From Aplysia californica (lineage: Eukaryota), in NCBI RefSeq assembly GCF_000002075.1, contig NW_004797368.1, positions 663,428 through 727,427 on the forward strand: a stretch of 64,000 bases of DNA, read 5' to 3'. A program made the translations under genes and the position numbers. This document shows positions 10,896 to 23,800 of this stretch, piece after piece (the first letter of the stretch is position 1; each line of letters begins with the position of its first letter). The notes beneath the pieces were generated by a model, which worked only from the letters and a program-made list of their open reading frames with translations, was not told the origin of the DNA and ran no database searches.

Positions 10896-12779
10896 GGGGG
10901 AGAGGGAGAGAGAGAGGAGAGAGATGTTCAAAGCCTTCATGTCGATCAAAGTTTCCTAAAAGCTGCATGTTATGCTGTTGTTTCCTTAAGAGGCCTACTT
11001 TCTCGTTTGATTACTTTTTCTTTCGTGGAATTTACTAAAGTCCGCTAAAAAACGAAATAAGATTTCTGTTTCTATTTTATTTTAAATATCTGTGGTAATT
11101 GCGCAACATTCACAACGTATAAAAGAGTTGACCACACGTAGCATTTTGAAACGCATATTTAATAGTCATTGAGAAGTTTCTATTTTTCAAAATTCGACTC
11201 ATTTTGTTGAACCTGCGTTTAGCTATTTCTATTCTTCGTTTTATCTGTAAAACAATTGGCATCTATTCAAGATGGTTAAACTGTTGAACATGTGAGATCT
11301 TCTCACTTTGATGACTTTGATCTTGCCTTTTTTTTCGAAAATTACCAATTTTCTTCGCGCATCGGTTTCTAAGAAGATGTAACCTTGAGACTGGTTTAAA
11401 ACCATTTAACTACGATAATTTCTGGAAATCTTCACCCATGTCTGCTTGCTTTTTTAAAAAGACAACACGCTTAATTTTTGTTTTGACGATTGTTGTTACT
11501 GCTGTTGCTGCTGTGGTTGTTGTTGCTGTTGTTTTTACTGCTCTGGGTGTGAGTTGAAGCTTTTTTTTTTTCAATTTCCCTCATAATTTCTAACCGCGAC
11601 CATCGGGGTTTAATTAAATTCAGAGGACCTTGTAGGCTACAAACAGCAATCTACAAAGAAACTTTTATAATTAGATCTACAAAGACTGCAAAATAAAATT
11701 GACGATATCACAAGACATAACTACTCAAGCAAGGAATCCAGCAACAAACTCTCTACTTGTTCATGTGTAAGCTCAGTGTGTTTTACCTGACTGCTTCAGC
11801 TGTCATGTCTTCTTCAAGTCTATAATCGTGAAGAAACCAGATTTCTCTGCGATAATCGGTCTCATCGGACACAGCAGAATTCTGAAGCCACAAGTCGTTG
11901 TAAACTTTAATTCTTCAAATCCTTCTATTTCGCTGGAGAAATATTCTTCTCTGCGTATGTTTTGGTCATCGTCAGACATTGATGGACGAGCTGTTATTAT
12001 ATATTATTACGTCCCTATCAACACTAAAGGTGAGGTTATTTTAGAACGAATTTAAGTCATTTCCATCTCCGACAGGAACACCCCCCCTCCCCCCCGGACA
12101 ACGCGACTTTATCAAGAAATCGTCAGTGGGGAATCCAACTATAGTGCGGTCAAATATGTGTGGCACAACTTAATCTCAATTAATATTTCTTTTAACGGGT
12201 GAATCAATGTCTTTCATACTTTGCACAGTGGTTTGTATCAGCTTGTCCTAACTTGATTATATTTTTCCGCAACAATTGAGGCTACATTTCAAAATAGTTT
12301 CTTCACAAGTTCATAATGATAAAATACTATAAATCTCCGGCATGCGGAAAATGGGATTGTTCACAGCACTTCCAGCTTCTCACACACATTTTGAATATGC
12401 ATACATCACAGATCAAAAATGACACTTTTTAATGGCAAAAGTTGTTACAAGAAATTCATTTTATAGAGAACACATTTTGTACGCTAAAGGTTCTCCTTTA
12501 ATCTTGAGTGTCACAAGTTTTCTCCAATTATTACTCTCTATTATCTTGACTTTTAAAAAATAGAACAGTTAAAAATAAGTCGAAGTGTTGTTTTCTAAAT
12601 CACTCTAATAGATATATTTGAGCACAGATTTCTTCCAAATTTTCACACAAGATAAATAGAAAGGCTACCCCTGCATGCAATAATGAGTCAAAAAAACTGG
12701 TCAAGGTAACCTTGAGAGTGAGCATTATTGACCTGATAACGAAATAAACTCGCATTGTCCATGGTCGATGAGCAAGGTC

Positions 12780-12965
12780 AATTGTCATATTTTTGTTGTA
12801 TTCCTCAACACAGAGTCCCTTGTTGCAAGCAGGGCAGTAGGTTGTTTGCACTGGTTTGCCTGACTTTGCGCTATATCCTTGCTTCTTACACTGGGAGCAG
12901 TCAAATGTGGCTAAACCCTTATCAAGACGTTCGTGTTTCTTTTTCAAGCGTACAAACTGATTTGG
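12780..12965 (-). mobile_element. Decayed piggyBac (PGBD4-like) transposase C-terminal Cys-rich remnant
   Basis: Minus-strand peptide HERLDKG...CSQCKKQGYSAKSGKPVQTTYCPACNKGLC has the CxxC...T..C..C...LC pattern of piggyBac C-terminal domains. Pattern recognition only. Confidence 0.5.
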
Positions 12966-13628
12966 ATAGCTAGTGCAACAAACAATTCTGTAGAAAATAT
13001 TCAATAGGTTCTGAGTCTAGGTCTACTATTGTGATAATCCAGGTTTGGCCCCAACTATGATCTATGGAGAGTGGATTTTGGCCAAAGATCGTATAATACC
13101 TATAAATAAATTATTTATGGTCAAGGTTTTGAATCTCCTTTTCGTTTCTCCAGAAGAAGAATACGTAGGAAAAGCACGTCTATTAGTTTCACCTAAGACT
13201 GAAGAATACCAAGACGGGACAAAAGGCCTCATTTCCTGTCTAACTGGCTCCCCTTAGTGACAGCGATAACGTTAGTATACAGCATAAACAAACGACAGGA
13301 AGAAAGAGCACGCTGTTCAACTCGAGTGTTGTTACACACTGTGATTTCCATATATATGTTAGTGGCTGTTTTGCCTTATCTTTTTCCATGTAGACTGATT
13401 AGAAATTATTTTGACTGTTTTTTGTTCACGTTTTGAATGTCGTGAGTTGAGAATTAAAATAATCATGGATGGAAAGCGGCAGTGAGGTGAACATGGTGGA
13501 GAGAGATATGCGCCGGGGGGGGGGGGGGGAGAGGGAGAAGGGGGAGGGTTTATGAGCAGAAAGCAGGGGTGTCTTTTCTGGAGAGGGAACGGGGAGGGAG
13601 AAATAAACTAGGGAGATAGAGAGGGGGT

Positions 13629-13710
<82 letters not shown>

Positions 13711-13917
13711 GATTCGGGAGAGAGTGAGGGGGTATCGAGAGAGAAGAGAAAGAGAAGGAGTGGGGAAGGGATCAGGAGAGAGAGAAAGACGTAATAATAT
13801 GATATGATAGCAAGACAAAAATGAAACGACTGACAGGAAAGTGAAGTAAGATTTAATAAGGAAAGTATGTTACAGGACACGTATCATGTTATCTCAATCT
13901 GGAATGGACCATTTTTT

Positions 13918-13974
<57 letters not shown>

Positions 13975-15049
13975 CCTTCTTCCTGATGTAGCTTTATTAT
14001 CACTCCTCCGTTAAAAATAAAACCCAGTCATTTTAGTCTTTTCCAAATTTAGAGGCATTCTCCATTACATTACTCCTCCAAACAATAAAATACTTTTTCT
14101 GTTGCGTGCTTATGATACATCTTATTTGGACAATAACAAATTTTAATACGCGGCAGTTGTGTATAATAACGTGCAGTGGCGGTTGGTAGTGAAAGGCTCA
14201 CGGGCTTGACCCCCCCCCCCCCCCCAACTCTATCCCAAAGCAAATGAAAATAACGAAATATGCAGTTGAAGCTGTTATGATCGCACGCAATGAACACAGA
14301 GTGATCAACTTGGCGGCCTGCTCGTTTATCCAACCCCTGTAGTGACCGCTTACAATTATAGTAACCTAACCGCCAATCAAAATGTCTAAAGTCTTCAGCA
14401 AAGGACGAGCCCGTTCCCACGGCCCCTTCTTAATGAAACTCCTCATGTCAAATGGCAGACGACTTGAAAAAAAAAAAAACACTGCTCAAAGGGCTCACGC
14501 TCTCCTAGCCCCGACAATGGGGTGAAAGTTTGCGACACACTATCCCCCAGTGACACAGTTACCTACGCACCCATTGGACCTGTGTAAGATGCACTCTCTT
14601 TCCGCGACTACACGACCCAATCCAGCTCATAGACGGTACGTGTGTTTGAAGTGCTGCGTGTGCACGTTTGTGTGTGTCCCGCTGAGATTTAACAGTTATT
14701 AGTTACATCAAACCACTTTTGGGGCAACTTTTTCTTCAGATGAAAATTTATTAGAGAAATTTGGAGGTGAAACGGCTTTGTCCCCACCTTCCAGAAGAAT
14801 TTAACGTGGAACAAAGAGATGATGACAAAGGTGACTCTTCTCGTTTGAATGCTTCTCAAAATGCCGTGGCTCACCGTGATTATAGACTACATATATATAA
14901 TCACTGTTTTGTTCTTATTGCTTGTTGATGGTTTAAAAAAGGGGGGGGGGGGGGAGCAACCTAAGCCCCACCCAAATTTTGGTTCACCCACCGCCATTAG
15001 TGTGTTTGTTCATCTTTGTTTAAGAGCTCAATTAATAATGGATATTTCT

Positions 15050-15560
15050 CGGGGGCTTTGATTGTGGCCTAGAGGTTAAGGTTTTGGCCTCTCTTTCAAG
15101 AAGTCCCGGGTTCGAACCCGGATAACGACGGAAATTTTTATTCTCTAAATTGTCTCTTTTCACCTCCTTTCCCGCTCTCTGGCAATGATCTGTCGTCTGC
15201 TTTCGTCTTCTCTTTCTGCCCCCATCACCTCACATATCCTTTGCCCTCCCTCTGGGCTCCTAACTCTTTTTGCAACCTTTTTACTTCTACTCCTGGGCTC
15301 CTTCTTACTATCGTCTTTCAGCCACACACCTGATCTTATGGCAGGAAAGATCTACCCCACACTTTGCGTTCTCGAACAGGAGCGAAAAATCTCGGAGGTC
15401 CCGTGTGCAAGTTGCACACATTAAAGATCCCTTATTGGGGATGCAAAATCGTAGGCTTCGACCGCCACCCAGACAAAATTCAAAATTTCCTACATACCGA
15501 AAATATGTTCCGCATTCATACCTCATGAAGGTGCGAGCGCCATAAAACACTCACAAAAAA
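15050..15560 (+). mobile_element. tRNA-derived SINE, family 2
   Basis: GTGGCCTAGAGGTTAAGG...GGGTTCGAACCC head, TTAAAGATCCC body and A-rich tail; homologous to 41009-41490. Confidence 0.8.
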
Positions 15561-16039
15561 GCAACAACAACAACTACAACAATTAACACTAAAACAAAAG
15601 CTTGAAAAGACAGAAACTTGAAAAGGCTTGAAAAAGTATCAAAATAAAATGATGATGGCTCATATTAGTGAACGCTCTTTATTCAGAGTGCTNNNNNNNN
15701 NNNNNNNNNNNNNNNNNNNNNNNNNNNNNNNNNNNNNNNNNNNNNNNNNNNNNNNNNNNNNNNNNNNNNNNNNNNNNNNNNNNNNNNNNNNNNNNNNNNN
15801 NNNNNNNNNNNNNNNNNNNNNNNNNTAATTCCCTCCAAGACCGTCCACGAATGTTTATTCAAATCTTAATCGTCTTCCCGGTGTAGAATATATGATTACA
15901 AAGTATAAATGTTGTCCTAAAACAGAAGGCCGACAGATCAACTCTGACAGAATTAGACTTATTTTAAGATACATCTCGGCTTATCCACCATCTGAGAACA
16001 GAGAACCACCGCGTTGCTCTCAAGGAGAACTCCTTGGTT

Positions 16040-16291
16040 GCTCTTCATCAGCTGGTTCTTGCAGTCAACGGGGATTGCCTGTCGCTATTTTTAGAATCAA
16101 GGGAAGTAAGTTGCGCGAAAGCGTTGAGACTTCCGGGGCTTGCTTCTCTCACTCCGAAAATGTAAACACAACCGATAGAAAATCACATTTTATACAAAAA
16201 TATTGGGTTAAATTCTTGTAAAAGCTTGTTGTGTTCTTGATGAATGGAAATAAAATCCTTTTAATGTGATACAACTGGAGTCCTGGGAAGC
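16040..16291 (+). promoter_or_regulatory. Conserved upstream module of IAP copy A (E-box, kappaB-like, E2F, ETS and forkhead motifs; uORF 16240-16269)
   Basis: Alignable by eye to 36183-36434 and 61342-61583. CAGCTG 16049, GGGGATTGCC 16070, GCGCGAAA 16113, ACTTCCGG 16129, TGTAAACA 16161. Confidence 0.7.
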
Positions 16292-17231
16292 ATGGCGTCA
16301 AATTCTTTTATGGAAAGGCTTCGTACCTTTCATCCTCCTCTGCCGACAAACTTCACTTCACTCTCCAACTCCTACACTCCGATGAAGTTTGCAGAAGCCG
16401 GCTGGGAACGTGAAGAGAATGTCTTTCCCTGGTCAGATGAGTTAATATGTCACTCTTGTAGTGTTAGGCACAGTGGATGGTCAGGAGAATCTCCATTTGC
16501 TGCTCACCGAACCAAAAGTCCCAACTGTCGATTTTTAAACACGACACCCAATGCAACAACATTAACAAGCATCCCATCCACTTCGATCAATGAGACAAAC
16601 AGAGGAGCAGGTATACAAGAACCAGAAACAATATCGTCCATCTGTAACTTATGTGTCTCAAACTCAAGTGATATAGACACTTTGAGAAGAAAGTTATTCT
16701 TGAGTAGACTGAACAATGATGACTCTCGGACATCATACAGTAGACGTCAACTTATTGTTCACCCTTTCAAACCTCTTGCTGGTGGGTATCTCATGTTGTT
16801 TGAAAGTCTCCGACTGACTACTTACAATTCACCAATCTCAGTTGAGGCAGCAAAATGGTCAAGGGATGGCTTCATCATGATCTCTAACCTCCGAGCCCAG
16901 TGTGTTTTTTGTGGACTCCAGTTGGAGTTTGACGTGTGTGTTGACATTGGACCTGTTCACAAGGAAAAGACACCTGAGTGTCCTTTTGTGTGCCACTTAG
17001 ATGTGGGAAATATTACTAGTGAAGTACAAAGGAGTATTCTGGAGAAGGAGCGTTCAAAGCATTTTGTGGACATTAGTGAGCGGGATTCTTCCGTGGTAAA
17101 ACAGTACAGTATCATGTACCCAGAGTTTGAGAGTTCAGCAGACCGATTTGGTACCTTTAGTTTGTGGCCAAAGATCCTGAAAGGAATGTTTCCTCCTGAT
17201 GTTATGGCTGATGCAGGTTTTTACTATACAG
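16292..17231 (+). CDS. IAP copy A exon 1: BIR1, BIR2 and the first half of BIR3
   Basis: ORF from ATG; ERLRTF..AEAG..CHSC..H..SPNC; CVFC..H..PEC; DAGFYYTG|gtaagt. Confidence 0.92.
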
Positions 17232-20200
17232 GTAAGTGGGGATTTTTGTGTTTTTGTAATTATACAATGATTTATTTCCTCAAGTTTAGTTTAGAACTTA
17301 GCATCATATCAGGGTCATAATTTCTCCAGCGGTTACAAAAGTTAAAATCATTAGCTGCAGATATCCAACTCATATAGTTGAAGCTGTAAGTTGGCCATCC
17401 ATTGTCAGCAGAGAAGTGGCCATATATTTAAAGACAGGTGGCTGTCTTAGGCAGGACTGATCAAGAGGAAGAAAACAAACTACTTTTCCCTTTGCTGAGG
17501 TCCCAACCGAAGGTAGCCGCATTGTTGCTTTTGTTGTTTTCATTGGTTTGTTTTTTTGTTTGCTTTTTTATTTTGATGCTGATTTTGTGCAAGGGTGACA
17601 ATAAAACGAAATGTATGAGCCAAGTAAGACCAAATGCCATGGTAAAAAACAAACACATGGGTCGCCACCACTCAGAGAGCAACAACGCTTCGCTGTGACC
17701 AGTTCATGTTTACATCCATTGTTAAAGACTTGGTAAACAGTGACTGGTCACCTTACTTATAATTTGTGTATATATATGAGTTGTGGGTGGGAATTTTATG
17801 ATGAGGAATCACATGCTCACCTCACCAGCAGCTGAAAATTTAAACCTCTCTATACTATTGGTCAACAGTGGGAGGGGCCTGCGCGACATGATCAGTTGAA
17901 GGGACTCTAACAACAACGACAGGTGATTGGATTTAAATGACGGTTCGCCCACAACGCCAGGGGCCAATTCATAATTTATGACAAAACGTAACATTATAAT
18001 GGAATCGCTAAGGTCGCCATCTAAGTGCTATTGTTCAGTGTGATAGTACTGATAGGGGTTGAGTGTTAAAATATGGTGGCCGCAGCCGAGTTGGACAGGT
18101 AGCTGCTTTACACAGTGAAATTACTTTTAGAAAAAATGCTATGGGGGGAAATGGAAAGTGGTCGTCATGACAAATTCGACTGTATATTTTTTTTGGTAAG
18201 AAGTTGCGGATATATTTTATTTTATTACTGTGCAGTTTAGTACTTTAAGTACGAGCTCATATGATTTTAATCTTGTTTTATAATTCCTGCTCTCTAAAAC
18301 AAACAATGTTATAATGATGTTTTAAGCTGTTTGAAACGTTCTAGGCTGCTTTTATAGAAAAAGTCAAATGAACAATTTTAATTGATAGTTTAATCTAGTT
18401 AACCGGCAAAGTCCATTAATTTTTTGTTTTGTTTTAAACTAAAGTACTAAAAATTAGAGATTTTCAGTGCAGCAAACATTCTTACTGTGTGTAGCTATAT
18501 TAGAGTGAGCTTTTTTGTAATAGGGAGGGGATGGGTACAAGAAAAATGTTCCTCTTTGACAACCCATAAAATCTCCTCCCTTTCTTTTTTCAGTTTTAAA
18601 GGCCATTTACAGAATTTGTTATTAATTCAGTATCCACTAAAAATTTTAATTTTATTGTGTTGATTCCTTAATATTAACATTCATCTTAATTGCCAAGGAG
18701 ACAAAATATAGTGACGTGCATTTGTCGGCAAGCTGTTAAAATGCACCAAGAATGGAAAGCAAAATTTTACAGGAGGAGAGTGAAAAAGAAAGACTATCAT
18801 TGTTTTAACAATTTTACCTTCTTTTAAAATTAATTTTTCTTGCTTTTTTTAACATTTTTATTTAGAATTTAACTTTTGCCATAATATTTCTTGAGCATAT
18901 TATGTGTCCCTACCAATTCTTATTTTTATTTTTTTAAAATATATTTTAAATTTTGGGGCGCTGCTCCTGCGTCGACAAGGTTGTGTTTACATCGGCTCTC
19001 CTTACTGTACTTTCTGAGGAAACTTAGGTCTTTCAATCTGAATCCGTCCATCTTACAGATATTCTACACCACCAAAATAGAAACTTTGATAAATTTTGGT
19101 ATAGCTATTGTAGCAATTTGGGAAGACAGCACATCTTAAAAATAAACAAGTTTATATTAAATCAGAAAGGCATCTAGAACAATTGGTACGGACCTAAGTA
19201 ACTTTGAATATCTGCACAAAACGCATGTTCTAAAAAAGGAGGAACTAATGCTGAGTGACCTTGCCACTCACTGACATTGGAATTTCAATTATCGACTCGC
19301 AGTAAACGATACATTTCCAAAACAGACAGATATAAAAGTTCTTTTGTACCAACTGCAGTGAGGTTAATGAACACACAGAGCTACAGATGAAACAGAGAGA
19401 GAGGGAGAGGGAGAGAGAGAAAGAAAGAGAGAGAGAGAGTTTTATGGAATGTATTGTTTCAGCATGTGAGACATATATGTATTTAATTAACTTAATGTCT
19501 TGTCTTGTTGTGTGTGTGCGTGGGTGCACCTCTAAGCTTTGTAACATCTACTGCCATTGTGCACGACCAACAAAAATTTCTCCCATCGAGATGAATGAAG
19601 ATTGTCATTGTCATCGTCATTAAAAACAACCGCATATTTTTTTCAACATTTTGAGCTACGTACATTTTAAAAGCTAGCAGAAGATATCATATATTTCAAA
19701 CTCCTTGTTTTAGATCCTACATGAACTGTCTTCTGTCTCTTTTTCATATAACTCATTATGTTTGCAACCTGAAACATACACTTGTGCAGGAGTTCCATAT
19801 TTTCTTGTTTTTTATTGACAAGAAAAGAGCAAAAGGAATTGTTTAACATTATTTTCAACCTCAGGAAAGAAAATCTAGTATGATTTTACGATACAATATG
19901 TTTCACCATTTTACTTTTTTCCTCAGGCCATAATGACATGGTTCGTTGTTTCTCCTGTGGTGTTGAACTCTTTGACTGGATACCAGGTGCTGACCCACTG
20001 ACCCAGCATGCCTGTGCCTCTCCAGTCTGTTGCTTCATGCTGCACAGCAAAGGTCAAGAGTGGTAAAGTGGTGTGATGACTTCTTTTAAAGGAATAATNN
20101 NNNNNNNNNNNNNNNNNNNNNNNNNNNNNNNNNNNNNNNNNNNNNNNNNNNNNNNNNNNNNNNNNNNNNNNNNNNNNNNNNNNNNNNNNNNNNNNNNNNN

Positions 20201-20794
20201 NNNNNNNNNNNNNNNNNNNNNNNNNNNNNNNNNNNNNNTGAACACAGAACAAAGTGAGCAGTGCATGCTAGAATTACTGACTCTCTCCCTGGTGGGCAGT
20301 GGCATGTTGTTATGAGTGTTGTAGTTTTGGTAAATATTTTTGGGAATTAAAATTTGTGACTGTTACATTCTGTTCTGAAGTGGAAAAATTTGCTTCAAGC
20401 AGACTCTCTCAGTACTGGCTTTACAGTCTGAGACATAGAGTGTTGAGTACTCAGAGAGGAAATGCGTAGTATTTCTATTGGTTTGCTACTTTTGTAAAAT
20501 CTTTCTTCGTCTCATTCTAATGAAAAGATGTAATAGGTACAATGTTATGCTCTAAACGTGTAACTTGAAGAAATAGAGGTGTACCCACTTTTTGTTCTAA
20601 AACCAATGTCGAGATCAATTTGCCCATCTTCATTTTTATAAAAGTGGGGAGTCAATGGGCTGTATTGATGGTGTAAAAGTACTGTGGGCTAACGTTTTTG
20701 TGACTTCTCTGATTGTTTGAATTAAGAAATTTCTTAGGGGGTGGGAGGCTCCTGAAAAATTTTGAAGAAGCTAATTACACAGTTAGGACATATA

Positions 20795-20863
<69 letters not shown>

Positions 20864-23800
20864 TATATATCGATATAGTTTATTATATTATCTGTATAGT
20901 TTATTATATGAACTCTCTCTTTCATAGATTTTATTCATACTTACTTGAGTTACAGATTTTTACAGGATGGTCACGTTTCTTCTTCTCATAGAGAGGCAGT
21001 GAACTTTTCTTTCTTGTGTTTCTTTTTAGAGCTTTTTCTCACAACTCTTTTCTTTTCTCTCTTTGTTGCAGCTTGTGGTTGGAGTAAACCAAGAAAGTCA
21101 AAGACAAGGTAAATATGGTACAAGAACCCATGTCATATCACCTTGTTTGTGTGTTGACTTTGTTTCAGAGGCTGTCATGTAAAATAATGTGCCCCCTCCC
21201 CCCGGGGCAGTGCCACTGATTGTAGTGTCTTTAGGCCATTCCCAAAGGGGGGACATTTTTCGTTCAAGCACAGTAGAATTGTAAATGGGCTGATTCATCA
21301 TGTCACGCTCATAACTGTGCCTGATCTGCAACAGGGAATTGCTGCTTTTTCTTTCCTAATCCTTACTATTGTCATTTTCCTCTACTTCTTTTGTATGTTT
21401 GTCACTTCTTGTGACCTGCTATTTCCGGGGTGCCTTGATAGTCAAAGCAGACCTTGTGCTGTTGAAGCTAGAGAGGTGAGCAGAGTAAGTTTGATTTTCT
21501 GTAAGGACTTTTCTGTTGACACCCACTCCTTGGCGCTCATATGACCTTATGCAGTTGCGAGCACAGTAAAACCCTCTACTAAAAAAAAATAAAAAAATAA
21601 TGTGTTATGATTTGAAAGTTTAAATGCATTATTACTCTTCCTTTGTAAATGGTGCTTTTAATTTATTTGATTTTGGGCAAAGCTTTTAGTACTCAGCGAT
21701 AGATTAGTGAACACTCTGGTGTGCCTGTGATCCTTGTATGAAAAAAAGTTTAGTACAGTAATGGAAGGAAGGAGTTGGACAATATTTGCACAGTTTTGAA
21801 GTTATGCCACAAGAATCAATATTGTTTCTTTTTATTTCATCTTCAGGTAATGATTGATTTTCATTTAAGCCTACCTTTCATAAGAAATTTTAAGAATTGT
21901 TTTGATTATTTCAGTAATGTTTAAGGGTCAACTGACTGACAGCAACTTTAAAAAAAGACGGTTAACTGATGTTCTTTTCTTTTACTTGCTATGTCTGTTA
22001 CAGAGTTTGTATTTTTTCATAATTCAGTTGTAGTTCTTATATTGACTGTTTATTTATCTTGTTAGCTTTGATTTAAAAAAAAGAATTAACTGAGACATTT
22101 TTCTCATCTCCAATTTTACTGAGAAAGTGTAAGTTACATTGTATTACTTATCATCAATGTGGCATATAAGTTAATTCCTGTGTTATTTCTGTCAGGTCTT
22201 GAGGCAGCTACTTCGTCCACCACACTGTCAACAGCAGCAGTGACATCAGCAACATCAACATCGTCATCCACATCATCATCATCGCCGCCACCAGCTGGTC
22301 CCAGACCGTACCTGGACCTGGACTTGTTCTCCTCAGCTCGTGCACGTGGGTACAGCACAGAGCAAATCTCTGATGCCATCATCACCTTCTTTTACCTGAC
22401 TTGTGAGTCACTCCTCTATACAGAGCAAATCTCTGATGGCATCTCACCTTCCTTTATCTTTTATATCTTCTCTTCACCCATGAGATAATCTTTCCTCACA
22501 TATGTTATAAGGCTGGTTGGGAAAAGGGTTATTTTCTGAAAATGTCTTGTAATCTAAACTGGCATTCAAGCAATTTAGTGCTAGGGATGAGTTGTTTCAT
22601 GAACAACATTGTTGTTTTCACTTGTAATGAAATATGTATAGAGAAAGGATTTTTTTAAAATCTTTGCCTGATTGAGCAGATATTGTTGTTGCAAGAAAAA
22701 TTAGGAACTCTGTTTGATACTGCTTTAAGTGGTGAGTAAAAATAATCAGAGTTTCTAATTTTTCTTCCAACAACAAATCAACCTCTCAGAGTAAGACTCA
22801 GTCATACATCACTCTTCAAAACAGCATATGGTGGAGTCTTACACTTAGCGACCAAAATGTCATGCAGTTTTCTTTTATAATTAAAAATCTATCATGTAAA
22901 TGTACTGATGTTGTCCAACAGCTGACTTTGCCTGTTCACTTTTTTGTAGCCGTTATTTTTCTAAAGTTAGAAGCTGTCAGTGAACAATGTGGTGTAGTTG
23001 GTAGAGTGTTTACTATATGTGTGTGTTTGTGTCTTCAGGTGGCCAGTTCCCCGACTCTCCCCTCCTGCTGGGTCTGCTCAAGGCTGGCACTGACAACCAC
23101 AAGACACTCTGTGACAAGACACAGGAAAACCTGGACATCAGGTCGGAGAACCAGGTCATTAAGTCAGAGGTCCGGGTCATTAAGTCAGAGGTGAAGGCCA
23201 AGGACACAGAGATCCAGGCCAAGGACACAGAGATCCAGGCCAAGGACACAGAGATCCAGGCCAAGGACACAGAGATCCAGGCCAAGGAGAGAGAACTCCA
23301 GCGTCAGAGGTTTGAGCGTCACTGGCGGGAGCTGGCCATGAATCAGGTGAGCTACAACCTTTGACCTTTGTGACTTCACCCCATTGGTGTTATAATATGT
23401 TCAGATTACTTGACCATCTCACCTTTGACCTCTGTGCAACTGTATTGTGTGTTGTGTCATTGATGGCAGACCAGACTGTAGGCAAAGACTTGGGATAAAT
23501 AAGAACAGCCACATTCTGTGTTTCTCTGTGCTAGAGCTCCTCTCAGTGTTAACACATCTCTCTCTCCTTGCCAGTTACTCTGGTAGTGTTGATGAAAGGT
23601 TGAGGTTCAAAGCTGAGTGGGTTATGAATCTTTCTCTTCCTTTCTTGAAGCTTTCTTTTGGGACAAGTGCACTGACTTTAAAATTATGGGTGGTTAGTGT
23701 GTGTTTTTATGTGGCCCTCTCTTTCTACTTCTTGTCACTATTACATGTATGTCATTTTATTTTTTCTCTCTCTCCTTGCCCATTACTGTGGCAGTGGTGA

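Noticed and set aside
15055-15125. tRNA gene (also 10151-10215 and 41010-41085)
   Set aside because: A and B boxes are present, but there is no convincing cloverleaf and each continues into a shared repeat body, so these are SINE heads.
17232-17320. ORF-track C-terminal extensions of the exon-1 ORFs as single-exon genes
   Set aside because: The extensions are unconserved read-through past a shared donor; BIR3 is completed only by splicing to exon 2.
23013-23379. Antisense repeat ORFs (AWISVSL)n and (GLDLCVL)n
   Set aside because: Shadows of the sense-strand 21-nt coding repeat.
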